Part shown: piece by piece, positions 63,018 to 64,000 of the stretch
How positions within the stretch are numbered: the first letter of the stretch is position 1
Layout: every line of letters starts with the position of its first letter
Origin: Azolla caroliniana
Lineage: Eukaryota > Plantae > Polypodiophyta
Length of the DNA stretch: 64,000 bases
Direction: 5' to 3'
NCBI GenBank assembly: GCA_043228905.1
Contig: JBHGNT010000011.1
Location: 4,836,001-4,900,000 of the forward strand
The notes under the pieces: generated by a model
The model's database searches: none
Told to the model about the DNA's origin: nothing
The model's input: the letters and a program-made list of their open reading frames with translations, nothing else
Translations under genes and position numbers: made by a program

Positions 63018-64000
63018 TGTTAAGAGTCTATTACTAATCAATAGACCAAATCAAGTAAAAAGGAAGAAAATAGATTGGATAGAAGAACCCGTTCCACCCG
63101 ACCACCCCCGAGCTATGATCTAGACATAGCCAACCTACCACCGACGTCCCATACCGCCGGATATTAGGATGACTAATACCTTGGAAAGATAAACACGATC
63201 GTCGAGACGAAAGCCTAGCCCGCACCACTGGTGTCTACGACAGCAGCCTTCCGACGTGATGATCCCTATGAGGGTAGCTAAGCCTCATATTTATACCTTT
63301 TCCTAGGCCCCTTGAATAGATGTGCCTTTCTAAAAGGCTCTCTATTCATTGGTTGTCTAAATCATGATAGTGCATGCACATATCATTCATTCTATCCAAT
63401 CATTAGTCCCCTTTTTAATAATAGTGAACATACCCTTCACTAATGTAAATATTAGTGACCTACCCTCACCAACGTTATGTGTACATAACATACTCCCCTA
63501 CTTCAAAAGATTGCACTCTTGCAATATAAAGTGAGGAAATTGTGCCTTAAGCGAATGCTCGCGTTCCCATGTGGCATCATCAATAGGTTTATCCATCCAT
63601 TTGATCTTGAATAGCCGAATCTCTTTAGAACGTAAACGTTTAGTACGAGAATCAAGAATTCGTTCAGGAACATGAGGTTTGTAAGAAAAATCCTCTAATG
63701 TTACAAGATCTTGGATTGTGATGGTGTTATCACCAGAGCCTAAAAATGGTTTTAGACGACTGATGTGAAAAACAGGATGAATACCAACGTTACGAGGTAA
63801 GGCAAGGTGATAAGCAGATGACCCAACTCGCTTAAGGATTTCAAATGGGCCACAATATCGTGGGGCTAACTTAGCGCACTTGCCCGTAGATAATGACGTA
63901 GAATCAGTCGGGACACGCAAAAAAACTTTTTGACTAATAGTAAATGCACGAGGACGTCTATCCTGATCAGCATAAAATCGAGCACGATCTTGAGCTGTCT
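63018..64000 (-). mobile_element. Gypsy chromovirus 3' end: integrase C-terminus/chromodomain, PPT, 3' LTR 63018-63490
   Basis: KLAPRYCGPF, IHPVFHIS and RILDSR...FKIKW......ATWE; ggggagta PPT abuts the LTR. Confidence 0.85.

Overview
Gene-free, transposon-packed eukaryotic DNA, almost certainly a land plant and probably a seed-free one such as a fern or lycophyte. This host call is inferred from tRNA-Met and tRNA-Trp primer sites, Tcn1-like self-priming chromoviruses and telo-boxes. Most of the window resolves into nested insertions. A LINE holds a full-length Ty1/copia (21560-47772, TSD CTTCA), which in turn holds a Sola2-like DNA transposon, a Tcn1-like Gypsy and a 6-kb TIR element filled with microsatellite. 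Further copia, Gypsy, LINE and solo-LTR remnants lie on either side. Two observations stand out. (1) There are two copies of a ~9-kb Sola2-like DDD transposon with 25-bp GGG...CCC TIRs. It carries a convergent six-exon accessory gene (~776 aa, RING finger plus a degenerate FCP1/NIF-type HAD phosphatase domain) and kilobase arrays of the palindrome TAGCTAATTAGCTA in its non-coding parts. This is a candidate TE-encoded anti-silencing system. (2) Four LTR families each carry a divergent tRNA-like A-box/B-box module 115-190 bp upstream of the TATA box, and two of them also carry heat-shock elements. All calls come from reading motifs by eye; no database search was possible.
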